Below are positions 39,590 through 50,700 of a stretch of DNA of 64,000 nt, in pieces. The stretch spans positions 7,092,750 through 7,156,749 of the forward strand of contig NC_134029.1 of NCBI RefSeq assembly GCF_964204645.1, given 5' to 3'. A model generated the notes under the pieces. That model did not search any database. It had not been told where the DNA came from and saw only the letters and a list, made by a program, of their open reading frames with translations. The DNA is from Tubulanus polymorphus. Taxonomy: Eukaryota > Animalia > Nemertea. Made by a program: the position numbers and the translations under genes. Each line of letters starts with the position of its first letter. Position 1 is the first letter of the stretch.

Positions 39590-39891
39590 AAGCGTTGTCG
39601 CCGTTTTCGACTTCTAACGTCCACGTTCCGTGCGAAAACTCGCCCCAGCTGTGAGTAGTCATAAATGCCCAACCGGTGAATCCTTCGTTCGACGTGTCGC
39701 GTATGCGTCTGGCGAGCAGCGTCGAACGCGTGCCCATCGGCGATGTCAGGAAGATTTGCATTTCACCGCGTCGGTCGGACGTCATCGTCACACGAGCTTG
39801 CACGTGCTCCAAATACAAGACGGGATGGTCGGTTTCGTTGCATCCATTCGAGTAAACGTGGAACTTCTTACGCGTCGATACTTTAATCGAT
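39590..39891 (-). CDS. furin: Furin exon 12 (P domain: LEHVQA...RRGE...FMTTHSWGE)
   Basis: 302 nt, phase 2-1, acceptor ttcag, donor GTACGT. P-domain motifs present. Confidence 0.93.
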
Positions 39892-39990
39892 CTGAATTCA
39901 TAAACGTTTATAGAAATTTTACTAGTTTGAAATGCGAAGATGTACCCGGGTGCTATACAAATACTTAACATCATCATAAATTCAAAGTCT

Positions 39991-40085
39991 GCTACTATTG
40001 CCCCTGTGAGATATCTCACAATAATGGGAGTGCTACCATTGCTACTGTGAGATATCTCACAGTACGCTACCATTGCTACTGTGAC
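39991..40085. repeat. Short tandem repeat (about 2.5 units of 34-41 bp) with embedded palindrome TGTGAGATATCTCACA
   Basis: GCTAC(T/C)ATTGC(C/T)(C/A)CTGTGA occurs three times. Confidence 0.8.
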
Positions 40086-40242
40086 TTATCATTAGCGAAT
40101 ATTTTTTTGTCGCTGCTCGTAATTCCTTCAATAGCAAATATGAGATATTGCCCAATTGCAACCTTTGGGAGTGGCAAATCAACTTATAATAGTGGTAACA
40201 AGGCACTGTCTCAGACAGTGAGTGATATATAATGATAGTTAC

Positions 40243-40360
40243 TTATTAATATCAGGTCCTCTGATTTCACAGCGATGTTGCCGCGGTACATTGGTCCAAT
40301 TCTGTGCAAGTTCAACCATCGCATGCGCATCCATTAATCCGTAACCAAAAGAATGGCTGA
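40243..40360 (-). CDS. furin: Furin exon 11 (SHSFGYGLMDA; end of catalytic domain)
   Basis: 118 nt, phase 1-2, AG/GT bounded. Confidence 0.95.
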
Positions 40361-40883
40361 CTGAAAATTGAAAACAATACAAATTGAAATAGACATGAGA
40401 CGACTATTAGGTGAGTGGGCGTCAACTCAAATAAATGCGGGCTCCCAGTTTAGTTGCCATGGTTCTAGAGACAAGGCGAGGTGATGAAAAACTGCAATAT
40501 GTATGAAATCCGTAGGTCAATATTCAATATTCGGCTTCAATGTCCTGGGATACACCTCTTTTCTAAAGGTTAGATTATTTCAAGTTTTGTTGGGTATGTA
40601 GGGCAAAAACCACTTCAATGTATAGCAAAGATGCTGGTCTGGCAGCCATAAGCAAGGAAAATGTATCGATTATTGCACTTGGATAGGGGAAACATAGGGG
40701 CATCAGTTAAACAAGGTTAATAGAAACAGAGGAAACTGCAAGCTGTTGGCCATACTGTGCTCCTATGACTGATGTATTGACCTGTGCCAATAATATGTAA
40801 TTACAGTGGGGCTTGCAATCTTATGAATGGTCTTCCGGATGAAAATGACATATTCAATCAACAAGTTGATTATAATATTATAC

Positions 40884-40987
40884 CTTTTCTATTGACTCCA
40901 TTCATCACCCAGTCGTTTGCTTTTAAATTTCCTGGCCTAGCCGTCATTACAACAATATGCTGCATATCCCTCCACGACAATTGAGGA
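40884..40987 (-). CDS. furin: Furin exon 10 (LSWRDMQHIVV)
   Basis: 104 nt, phase 2-1, AG/GT bounded. Confidence 0.95.
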
Positions 40988-41108
40988 CTGGAAAAGATTC
41001 AAACGAAAAACTTTTTCTTGCATATACAAGTACATTATTTGACATTAGGTGTTTTTAGGGAATATTTGAACTCCAATTGAACCCGTTTTTCCATTTCATT
41101 CTGCTTAC

Positions 41109-41209
41109 TTAGCTTGCAAAGCAAGGGCACATATTCCTGCAGCTATAGGGGCACTGGCAGATGTGCCTGTATGAGACTCGGTACAACCCTGACGCAGGTC
41201 CGTCGTCAC
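41109..41209 (-). CDS. furin: Furin exon 9 (catalytic Ser, HTGTSASAP)
   Basis: 101 nt, phase 0-2, reads [33 protein letters not shown]. Confidence 0.96.
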
Positions 41210-41881
41210 CTGTAAATCAACAAATCGGCATTTGATAAGAAATCGTAAGAAGTATTGTGATGACTGAATTCCTTCTGAGATCAAACGAGTTGAGCGGTTC
41301 TTTCACTAGTGTTAGTTTCAGTTTAATCAACATATGTGCTCAAAAGTTTTTTAGATAAGAGAAAGAACTTCAAACTGATCGAATACTTTTTGGTGTCACT
41401 GATATTTTCAGATAGTACGAATTTGTGTACTTTTGAATTAAGACAATATAAGCATATCATCCGTCTTTCTAAGAGGATAGGGGTATTGACAGATGGGAAA
41501 GGCTGCTTGGTAAACCAGGAGCAAAGGTCAAAGATCAAGCGTGACAAATAACAAATACAATAGACACTCCCTTATTCAGTAGGCCTAGTACTGGCCAAAC
41601 CCAAATTCATTTGGAAAAACCTTTTATTTCCCTAATTATCAACTTGATATCAGGGCAACTTATCACACAATACTGGGTCAATGAAGCTATGTATTTTCCT
41701 GACTAGTTTTGAATCCAGTTCATCTATAATTGTTTATTATTACGTTGTGTTCAGCCACAGATTCTAATACAGAAAGAGTTTACTGTAATTTTATATAAAC
41801 AATGATATCTTATTGAATACCTAGGTCAGTATTTTACTGAATAAGGCACCAAATATGGTAAATATTGTGATATGAACTTAC

Positions 41882-42094
41882 GATTTGTCTTTCTGAACCG
41901 GTTCCACTGCTATAAGTGGTAGCAAGAGTTGACGAACAAGCCTCGCTATACCACGGTATATTACCATGTTCGGTCGTACTACTTATAGATAATGTATAAA
42001 TACTGTTTGTATATCCATCACAGTTGCAACTATCTCCATCACGGCCGCCATTACCGGAAGCCCATATAAATATTGATCCCAGACCACCTCGACC
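41882..42094 (-). CDS. furin: Furin exon 8 (oxyanion Asn, WASGNGG...CNCDGY)
   Basis: 213 nt, phase 0-0, donor GTAAGT. The oxyanion residue is Asn rather than Asp, which excludes PC2. Confidence 0.96.
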
Positions 42095-42502
42095 CTGAAA
42101 AATGTATCTCAAAAATTGGTCTGTTATCGAATGAGCAAGTGCAGAGATATAAGTTACTGTAATCTTATTTTCAGCGAAAATTTTAAACCCCTAATAGGTT
42201 AGGTTTCAATTGTTTCCGGTTTCCATTTTCCCAAGGTTTTGATGTTTTTCACCCGTAAAAATTCCCCCTTACACGCAGTTGCTACGGTTGTTTTGAATTA
42301 AGACCCTAGCCACGTCTATCGCGTGTCAAGCAAATGAAATAACAGTGAAAATGTATGAATACGTTTGAAACACTCGGGTGATAAGAGAATCGCAGTATTG
42401 GACTTGAACCTACACCCAAAACCTTTAAGGGGTCAATAACAATAACATTAATTTAATGCAGGGAAATGATGCCATGTATCCTAATGTTAATCAGTTGCCT
42501 AC

Positions 42503-42675
42503 CTGGTTGACACCCTCTTGAAAGGCCTTCCGTGCGAGGAATGCCGGCCCATCGAGTTGACGCCCATCATCATCAGGACCCCAACTGGCGCTATATATGT
42601 CTATATGTTGAGGATTCAGACTGAGAGATGCAGCTTCGACGCTATCAGTTACATCTCCATCCAACATCCGAACAC
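42503..42675 (-). CDS. furin: Furin exon 7 (VRMLDG...[10 protein letters not shown])
   Basis: 173 nt, phase 1-0, kexin/furin substrate-pocket motifs. Confidence 0.96.
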
Positions 42676-42785
42676 CTGGAAATTTCGAATAAATCGTAAA
42701 ATTCACCGATCTAACTCTTCTTAAAAGATAAGAATCATTCTAGATCCTCACAGAAGGCTCGGTTCTTGAAGTCATGAATTCGTAC

Positions 42786-42874
42786 CTCCAATTTTTGCAT
42801 CATAAGCTATACCGACATTACAGATAGCATTATTTGCTTGAGCAGCTACTTCTCCTGCACACCTTGTTCCATGT
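42786..42874 (-). CDS. furin: Furin exon 6 (catalytic His, [11 protein letters not shown])
   Basis: 89 nt, phase 2-1, subtilase S8B motif. Confidence 0.96.
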
Positions 42875-43022
42875 CTAGAAACAAAAATATTTCAGCGTCA
42901 ACAAACGGCAACAAAAGTTGAGAAAGTACCATATCATGAATACCATAGATGTATTGAAACACCTACCAAATAATACGGAACCAAAATATGTAATACAACA
43001 AGCTATAATGAGGAACAGTTAC

Positions 43023-43099
43023 CGGTTTTCGTTTGAGTAATCATATCTTGGCTGCGGGTCAGGGTCATTGCTATTGACATCGAAACTTGCTTTCGGATC
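43023..43099 (-). CDS. furin: Furin exon 5 (DPKASFDVNSNDPDPQPRYDYSNEN)
   Basis: 77 nt, AG/GT bounded, phase 0-2. Confidence 0.95.
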
Positions 43100-43309
43100 C
43101 TAAAATAAGTTATTCCCAACTGAATAGGTGGATTCATTTGTGCCCTACAGTCAACCCTCGACAATATCCGCCAAATTAAGAATTCCTGATTCCGAAAGTT
43201 CATTAGTTCATTATACCATTATGTCGAATAAATACAGTGGGTTTAACAATTTCAGAAATTCACGCTGTAATCACCTATCATTTACGACGTTTTCGAATAT
43301 ATAACTTAC

Positions 43310-43444
43310 GTAGTTATTCAATAAGTCGGGGTGATTTTTCTCGATACCGTCGTCCAGTATTGTAACGACGACATCGCGGCCGGTGAAACCTTTTTTCCAC
43401 GCTGGAAGCACGTTCATGTTAGCGTTTAGACCATCTTCGCGATT
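43310..43444 (-). CDS. furin: Furin exon 4 (catalytic Asp, VTILDDGIE)
   Basis: 135 nt, reads NREDGLNANMNVLPAWKKGFTGRDVVVTILDDGIEKNHPDLLNNY. Donor GTAAGT. Confidence 0.95.
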
Positions 43445-43494
43445 CTTGAAAATTAAAATTTTGCGAAGACATTCTTAAATGATGAAAACTTCTG

Positions 43495-43638
43495 GGCTGG
43501 GTTTCATAGATGATGAAGAAAAATAGTCCCTGGGAATATTTTGAAGTTTGTCAGTTATAACCATGGTTTCTCATTGTAATTATGGTGGTTGTCACCCAGA
43601 TTGACCATACTTTGATACTCAGTTTATGAAACCAGGCC
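43495..43638. mobile_element. Harbinger-like MITE flanked by CTG/CAG
   Basis: GGCTGGGTTTCATAGA / TTTATGAAACCAGGCC. Confidence 0.65.
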
Positions 43639-43678
43639 CAGGGTAATAATATGCCTACGCATATCGAGATACAATCAG

Positions 43679-43775
43679 GACCCAGTTCCACAGTTGTGAG
43701 TTAAAATCTGACTCGGAGAAAATGAATTGATTTTAACTCAGAGTTAACTCTATCTGACAACTGTGGAACTGGACC
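43679..43775. mobile_element. Harbinger-like MITE (family A), CAG TSD
   Basis: CAG|GACCCAGTTCCACAGTTGT ... ACAACTGTGGAACTGGACC|CAG. Confidence 0.8.
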
Positions 43776-44020
43776 CAGATCTAAAAAATATCCATAATAA
43801 TGATAACCATAATGCCTGATGAATTGGACCTAAATGAGACCCGCTGAATAAGGGTGATGGATACTTAACAATAGATATCTGTTGGAGTACCCAGTTACAG
43901 TTCTGGGTTAAAATCTGAAAGTGAAGTTATTTTAACTCTGTGGCAACCGGGGGGACTGGATTCAGTATGGACGAAAGATCGCGACCACTTCAGAAGAACT
44001 ACCGGTATTATTTTACTCAC

Positions 44021-44110
44021 CAAGTACCACTGACGCGGCCATTTTGGATCCGTAAACGTCAAATCTCGTTTTACTCGTCTTTTCACAACTTGCTGTTCCA
44101 ACCATTTCAC
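44021..44110 (-). CDS. furin: Furin exon 3 (VKWLEQQVVKRRVKR|DLTFTDPKWPRQWYL; autocatalytic cleavage site)
   Basis: 90 nt, acceptor CAG, donor GTGAGT. Canonical R-x-K-R prodomain junction. Confidence 0.95.
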
Positions 44111-44199
44111 CTGTCAAAAACAAAACGTCCAACAAGTTAATACTTATTCGCAGCAAAGCCTTTCGCTCATTTTCTGACGGATAGCTTGAAATCAACCAG

Positions 44200-44289
44200 G
44201 GGCCAGTTGCTGAAAGCGACAATTCAAAGTTCATTTACTATGGTATTTATCCACTGGTTACGTTTAACCAACTTTTGAGCAAATGGCCC
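44200..44289. mobile_element. Harbinger-like MITE (family C), CAG TSD, internally deleted
   Basis: CAG|GGGCCAGTTGCTGAAAG ... CTTTTGAGCAAATGGCCC|CAG. Confidence 0.75.
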
Positions 44290-44520
44290 CAGTATTCTAA
44301 TTCTTTGTCAAAGCGTTGAATCATAAACTCATTTAATCGTAAATTCAAACACTGGTGACTAATGATTAACAGTGGAGTATTTGAGTATAAGACTGGTCAA
44401 CAGAACAATGGTAGAAATTTGATTCACAGCAGTAGAATGTATTCTAACGATTAAGACAACTCTTGATTCATCTCCAGGCCTATCGTTTGTTTATTTACAT
44501 CCACACTGATTAACGCCTAC

Positions 44521-44619
44521 CTGAAAATCCTGGGCCAATGATTGGTGATATGCGTAGCTGTGATATGTCGACCTTTTAGCTACTTTTCGATGACGAAATT
44601 CATAAAAGTTTGGCATAAT
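44521..44619 (-). CDS. furin: Furin exon 2 (prodomain; IMPNFYEFRHRKVAKRS...)
   Basis: 99 nt, AG/GT bounded, phase 0-0. Contains the internal prodomain cleavage-like site KVAKR. Confidence 0.9.
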
Positions 44620-45151
44620 CTGAAAGATTAAGGAATCGATATACAGTGAATTCTTGGCGGCAGTTTATAAATGAAGTATCAGGGTTAAACAAATAAGTCC
44701 GGTGAAATGACCCTTGAATGTTAAGGATTATGGTCAGTCATCTTCATGCGTCAAGGGATTCGAACCCACTAAGCTAAAGCCGTTCCCCGAACCCCTTGAC
44801 CTCGCGAGTCTTTGGAGTCGTTACAAACCGACCAGAATCCGGTTGTACCAATCAGAGCGCTTGTAACAAACTAGGTTAGGCTTCTGTTGGTTTTCCCGTT
44901 AAATGGACCAATCAGCGAACGTTTTACCGAACGAGGAAGTATTTCGCAAATCGATATATGACGTCATGCGCAACAGCGCCAGTAATGAAATCACGCATCC
45001 TGAGGCCAGGGGGCTGGTGGAAGCGAGTTTGGGGAGCGATACCGGACCCCTGGCAAGCAAGGATGATGGTCAGTAGGCCTAACCAGACTTTGTTTAAGTG
45101 GTGCATCTGCAATTTAGGTGCCCCTTCGTGGTTACATAACATAGGCCTATT

Positions 45152-45256
45152 GGATGCAGTTCCAAAGTTGAGTTTGAGTAGACTCCAAGTTAGACTCAGT
45201 TCAATTTCAATGAGTTAACTCAGTTTTAATTCAAATCTAAACTCAGAACTGCGTCC
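45152..45256. mobile_element. MITE related to family A
   Basis: GGATGCAGTTC / GAACTGCGTCC termini, with multiple internal (T)GAGTT/AACTC(A) motifs. Confidence 0.6.
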
Positions 45257-45422
45257 TGGCAGGCTTAACCATAATCCTTCGAAACCCTAGCGCCACGTAG
45301 AAGAAAAAACCTCAGATAACCTAAACTGCAACATAAATGACCTCCATAACTTAAAGAGTGGAGAACAATCAGAGAGGATGATAATCTGTAATGACAATTT
45401 TTTTTCCTATAGGCCTACCAAC

Positions 45423-45599
45423 CTGTTTCACGTACAAAAACCCATTTCTTGCGGCGACCTTTCGGGCTTCGTTTTCATCTCCGTTCACTTCCACGGCCCA
45501 GGTATGCGTGTAAGTTAGATGAAGAGCATAGGTTAACTCCACTAAACAGAATAACAGCACCAGCAAGTAGAGGAGCAACGGTAGTATCGACGGAGACAT
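45423..45599 (-). CDS. furin: Furin-like convertase coding exon 1: signal peptide and start of prodomain (in-frame upstream ATG at 45707)
   Basis: MSPSILPLLLYLLVLLFCLVELTYA is a hydrophobic leader, followed by the YTHTWAVEV prodomain motif. Donor CAG|GT at 45423/45422. Confidence 0.88.
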
Positions 45600-47433
45600 A
45601 CTACTACAGCGACCGACGATATACGAGCCTAAAAACGATGATTCTTCATATTCAAAGACGTTGTTGTCGCGATGATAGGAATGTTGTAAAGGCCACTGCT
45701 GCAGCATAGGTAAGGGGGTCAGCGGCGCGGGTCAATTCCTCATGATTACATCAGTTATTAATGAGTTATGCGTTGATTTATGCCATGACAGCAAGCACCG
45801 CTGTGAGTAATCGAGTCGGTAATGGCAAGTTGTCATCGGGATGGGCTCCACTTCCTGAAATGGATGCCTTGACTTGAATATACTCGGAGCCACCCATCAT
45901 TATCTGCCTCGAGTGATTAACAATACGCAAAGTTTGATTCAACCTGCTCTACCAGGGTTTATGTGAGGAAAAAGATATTTTGAAAGCATCCAATAAATTG
46001 ATATTCACGATAATAACAGAGCATGACCAAGAACATTCGAACTAATGATTTATAAACTAGATCATTTTTCTTGTCATTTGACCCCACAACTTTAATGCTC
46101 GTCGGATGTTTCAAAAAAAATTCAAACTGGCCTATGGCTATAGCCTATAAGTTAGATTCTAAGAAGTAATTGAAAGTAACTAGGATACGCGTTGTAGATG
46201 TACCAACGTGAAGTGTCAGATGAAAGCAACTAATCAACTCCATCGGCGTGCGCCTTATCGACGAGTTTTCCTTCTGGGTGCTTTGTACCGCTACAGTCGA
46301 CAATTGCTACCACACGGGAGACAATTACGACGCCGAACGCCTTGTGAATTCAGTAGCATTCAAGATCTCGACAAATATTTACCCCCTTCAGAAATAAACG
46401 TAGCGCCCAACATCCATCATTAATTGTTCTTCGCAGGGAGACATTACTTATTGTCAATTTTCTTGTCAGAAAATGGCAGGTAACCGGCGCGCACGTCTGT
46501 GCGTGGGGGCGGTGGTGCGACCTGCTTTGAAAGTCCTCAAGTCACGATCGCAAAATAATATACCCTGCAGTTCCCGTCTAGACTTTTATTCAGAAAAAAT
46601 AGTCGAATTCAGAGAATTAAACACTCAACACCGAAATTTACCATAACCTCCTCTGTCTGATGGCATAAGATATGAAATTCGCCCGCTTTTCGCCTCATTG
46701 TCTAACCGAAAACTAAAATGATCCCGTTATTCTATGAGTGATATTCGAAAAAGCCTTTAGAAACTCCTCAGCCCCTTCTCGTACGGGTCTCATCTTTTTC
46801 TATACTGTCTTTTTACCTTATACTGTCTTATTATCATAAGGTTGATTGGCTGTGTTGACGACAGCGTGAGGTCTGATTCTCCTTGCATAAAAACCGAAGT
46901 TATCTGTGGTTTGGGATGACACTATAACCGTGCGAGCGTATTGATTAAACGCTTCTTGTGCCTCGTACAACCTTGCTGTTCTCATTCTCATTTTGGTTAA
47001 TCATTATTTTGTGTGCTCTTGAATCAGTGATAGAGAATTTGCGGCAGGATAAACGACCGGTGTGAAAAACATTTTGTCAAGTGCAATTTCGACTGGATTC
47101 TGCATTTTGTTTAAACTCCAGCATGTGAGTTTCGATATCGGTTGTATATGTGTTGCATTAATGTGAAATTTAGATAAATAAACTTGAATGAATAAAAAAA
47201 AAACTTAAACTATAATCAAATACATTCAATAGTTCAAGTCAGAAGCAACAAATTTTATTGAGAAAGCACATGGTTCTATCTTAGTAGTAAATTTGCCTCT
47301 CTCGTAGGAGATTTAGAACTTCGAACTCCGTAAATAGAAGAATCAAATGTTAATACAACAGTCGGACGCGAGTGGATGTCTTCTACGTAGGAATTGCAGG
47401 GAAACTAAGGCAATTTCTTCTTCATCGACTCAC

Positions 47434-47529
47434 CAATCGAGCGTCCATTCTCATTCTCATTCAGATGTACATGTAGAAAATCAAGAAATCGTTCGATCGC
47501 GGCTGCTATCTACGCAACGCAACTACTGA
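47434..47529 (-). other. Candidate non-coding first exon of the furin gene
   Basis: Initiator-like TCAGT at 47529-47525, a (GA)n tract upstream (~47590-47613), CpG-rich context and a strong donor TG|GTGAGT at 47434/47433. A plausible acceptor (atttcag) opens the ATG-containing exon at 45854. Confidence 0.45.
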
Positions 47530-47544
47530 ACGGCTGGTGTTCAA

Positions 47545-47755
47545 TCAGTCGGTATTCATGCCTAGCCTGGAGGAATACGCTAGCTGCGCTTTCTCTCCCT
47601 CTCTCTCTCTCTCCATCCCTCGACGAACAAACGCCGTGCCACTTGCTGATCTAACTAAAAGAAATCCACACAAACAATAACATTTGGGCTGATAGATGAA
47701 TTCGTAAACAACAACAAAATTTTATGGAATAAGCGCGCGTTGAAAACCAAATTTG
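47545..47755 (+). other. Candidate non-coding first exon of a divergent + strand transcript
   Basis: Inr-like TCAGTC at 47545-47550 and donor TG|GTAAGT at 47755/47756. Confidence 0.3.
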
Positions 47756-50700
47756 GTAAGTAAAGTTTACTGTTTTACACATCTTTATACCATTCACCGT
47801 TCAGTTTGATTTTATGGATAATTACACACTTTCATCATTGTTCTTATTAAAAAGAAGTTTTATATGAATATTTGCTACCTGCTGCATCAGTGTCATTACA
47901 CGCGCGTGTATGGATCTAGCGAGGTCTATCAGATGAACTAATTGCAATATCATTATTGACGATCTCGTCTCGTGAATTATTAAGAACTTTTATTTGATAA
48001 CATTCCCGTAATTAGTGTTAGTGTGATCCCTTTACCTAAACCTGCAAGGGTTTCTAACTTAGGTCGTTATTGATAAGTGCGAGTACGGATCCACCGACGA
48101 AATTTTCCGATTTCCAGGAATAAAATAGATTTTTATCTTTATTATATTTTTTCCGCCACCCCTCATTTTTGAATGTAGTCACGAAAGTAGAAATAAACAT
48201 TTATAATTTTTCCACTGCCATATCATTCTTTTGACATAATACACAAAAAATGACGTGGTTGACCATTTGTCGGCTTCGTACCAGCAAGTAGAGTGACTTG
48301 ATAAGTGGCAGCGTCAGTTATGTGTGTAGGCAATAGACAATATTCGGGTATCATTATCCAAAATGACTTCTGAAATAAAGCATCTTTCCCAAATTCTTCT
48401 CCTCGATCACTTAATTTAAAATAAATTCGATGTTTTAAGAAAAAAGAATAATGTTTTCAAATTTTCTTAGTTTTCTAAATCCGTCATCCAACTTAAACGT
48501 AATAAAAACGACCTTACTTACTTTTGTAATGAGACACCAGAAATCGTTACAATACGTGAGTAGTAGGTAACTAAACAATGTTTCATTCGACGAGTATGTT
48601 TATCATTACATCGATGTGTTTCGAAAGCTTTGGAGTCAATTTCGCTAAGTGTGCAAGGTGATCATCTGTTTACGATTCAAACACGACGCAGACGGAGGTC
48701 TCTGTATAGCGTGCGTAAAGCGTGATGAGACGCGGAGAAAACGAGTTGTTTTTCTGCGGACTCACGGCGAAAAGAAATCAATCATATCACACGGAGAAAC
48801 AGAACGAGGGAAAAACTGGCAAGACAGATCATTTATCGACGCGAAATAACGAAATAATATCGGCGCACATCGAATTCGAGCTCGCACGCCCCCGTTGGAA
48901 ACAGAAACACAATCGACCAAATCTTAGTATATCGGAAACCGTATAACAGTCAATGGCGGAATTTCCATTTAGTCCATAAAATCTTCACAAGTAAGGTAAA
49001 AAATATATCGATATCATTTGAGCGCTTCGTCCGGTAGATAGTGCAAAAAGGGGAATATATTTCTCGCAAATTTAAACCGTAAATTTAGACGTAAACCGTC
49101 TATGACAGTAGAAATATCAATCATTTGTCTCAAACCATGGACATCGTTTAACCCACATTCCTACCAGTTTCACAATATAACTGAAAACTAATCTTATTGA
49201 CTGATCGATAGTTTAATTAATCTTAAGCAAATCTTACACCAAAATTCTTGTAGAATTTCTGGCAATGTCTCAAATATTTCTAATCTGCTGATCGTGGTTC
49301 ACCGGAATTCAATGTTACAGCTGGATTGAACATGGCTAACAAAGCATAGATACAAATTGAATAGCAGTAAAAAACATGGATATTCTAAAAAAAACAATGT
49401 CACTAAGCACGCATGTGCTGTTCTTATCAAGTTAACATTCGTAACCTTACCAGGGCGAGACACGGGCTATAAGTGTTCTTAGGAATGTATATAGATACCC
49501 GTCACCTTTTTCGGTTCCCATACATTAGTGGTTCCATTTATTTCAGTAATGGCTGATGTTACGACAATCCGCTTTACGACAATGCTATATTCAATATTTA
49601 CAGTCCATGCATTGATGTGGGAATCTAACATATTTTGACGATTTCGACCTGTGTGTATGATACCAAAATTGTCAACTAGGAACCGTGCTCGACTTCAAAC
49701 CAGTCCACTAGCCATCTGTATAATCATTAGGCTATCAGATTCTTACCGATTTTTTGTATTCATTTCCAGAAATATTCTTAAAACACGTGATTCGTTACGT
49801 CATCAATTGATGGCATATATCAACCTTTCTGAGCCCTATCAACGACCTTCACCCAAACGGACGAATTATGAAGGCTTACTATTTTCAGCCTTCGTTAATG
49901 GCAAAATCGTACGCGCTGCACTAATTACTGATGCTTATAAAGTTCAGGGAAATAGAAGCAAATTTTACGGCGCAAAGCAGCGTGGTTTCACGCGTGTCCC
50001 GTTGGAAGTAATCATCTCGGCTTTCACTGTCGATTACGAAGACAGGTGTCATATCAATTGGTTTTCAAAGTTCGGTTTAACCGGAATGATGAAGAAATTC
50101 TCGGCATTCAACTTCTGCTTTAGAATACGTACTGGGCTAATGTTTCTATTTCATTTCAAACATTCGATGAGTTTCGGTATAGTGTTGATTAATATTCTAC
50201 GAAAACTATATGATATACAAACGAGTCGAAACTTTTACGCATGAAGGCCTATTTCGTGATTTAAAATCTATTTCATACGTTTATATCTGATTAACGATGT
50301 AAAGAGACATTAACTGAAGATCAATTTGGGTTTATGCACTAAACGGCTTTGACTTAGCTTGTTGGCGAACTTTGATTTTAATCTATTCACGGCGGTCTGA
50401 GGATGAAATTAGCGATTAAGTTTTCCTCATTTCCCCTTTTTCCAAGTTAATTAAAATCATGCGTTATTCTTTAAGTAGTATTACTAACGCATGAGAAGCC
50501 GCGGTTTAGGTTTAGAAGACGTCGAGCGTGATGATCGGTGACGTACGCCACGCCACGAGTCCTTCTCCGGCAAAGACGACGACACAGTTTCAAATGATCA
50601 TAGATTCAATAATCAGACGATTGATTGAATTGAATTAGTCATTCGTGTCATATCATTCATTTATTAAATTATTCAATTAATTCATTCATTAATCGAAAAT

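Noticed and set aside
39892-40073. N-terminal part of the 163-aa ORF upstream of furin exon 12
   Set aside because: Intronic read-through that includes a minisatellite. The phase-compatible acceptor is at 39891.
49651-50244. 197-aa ORF
   Set aside because: Non-ATG start, composition like translated non-coding DNA, no domain motif, no supporting splice structure.
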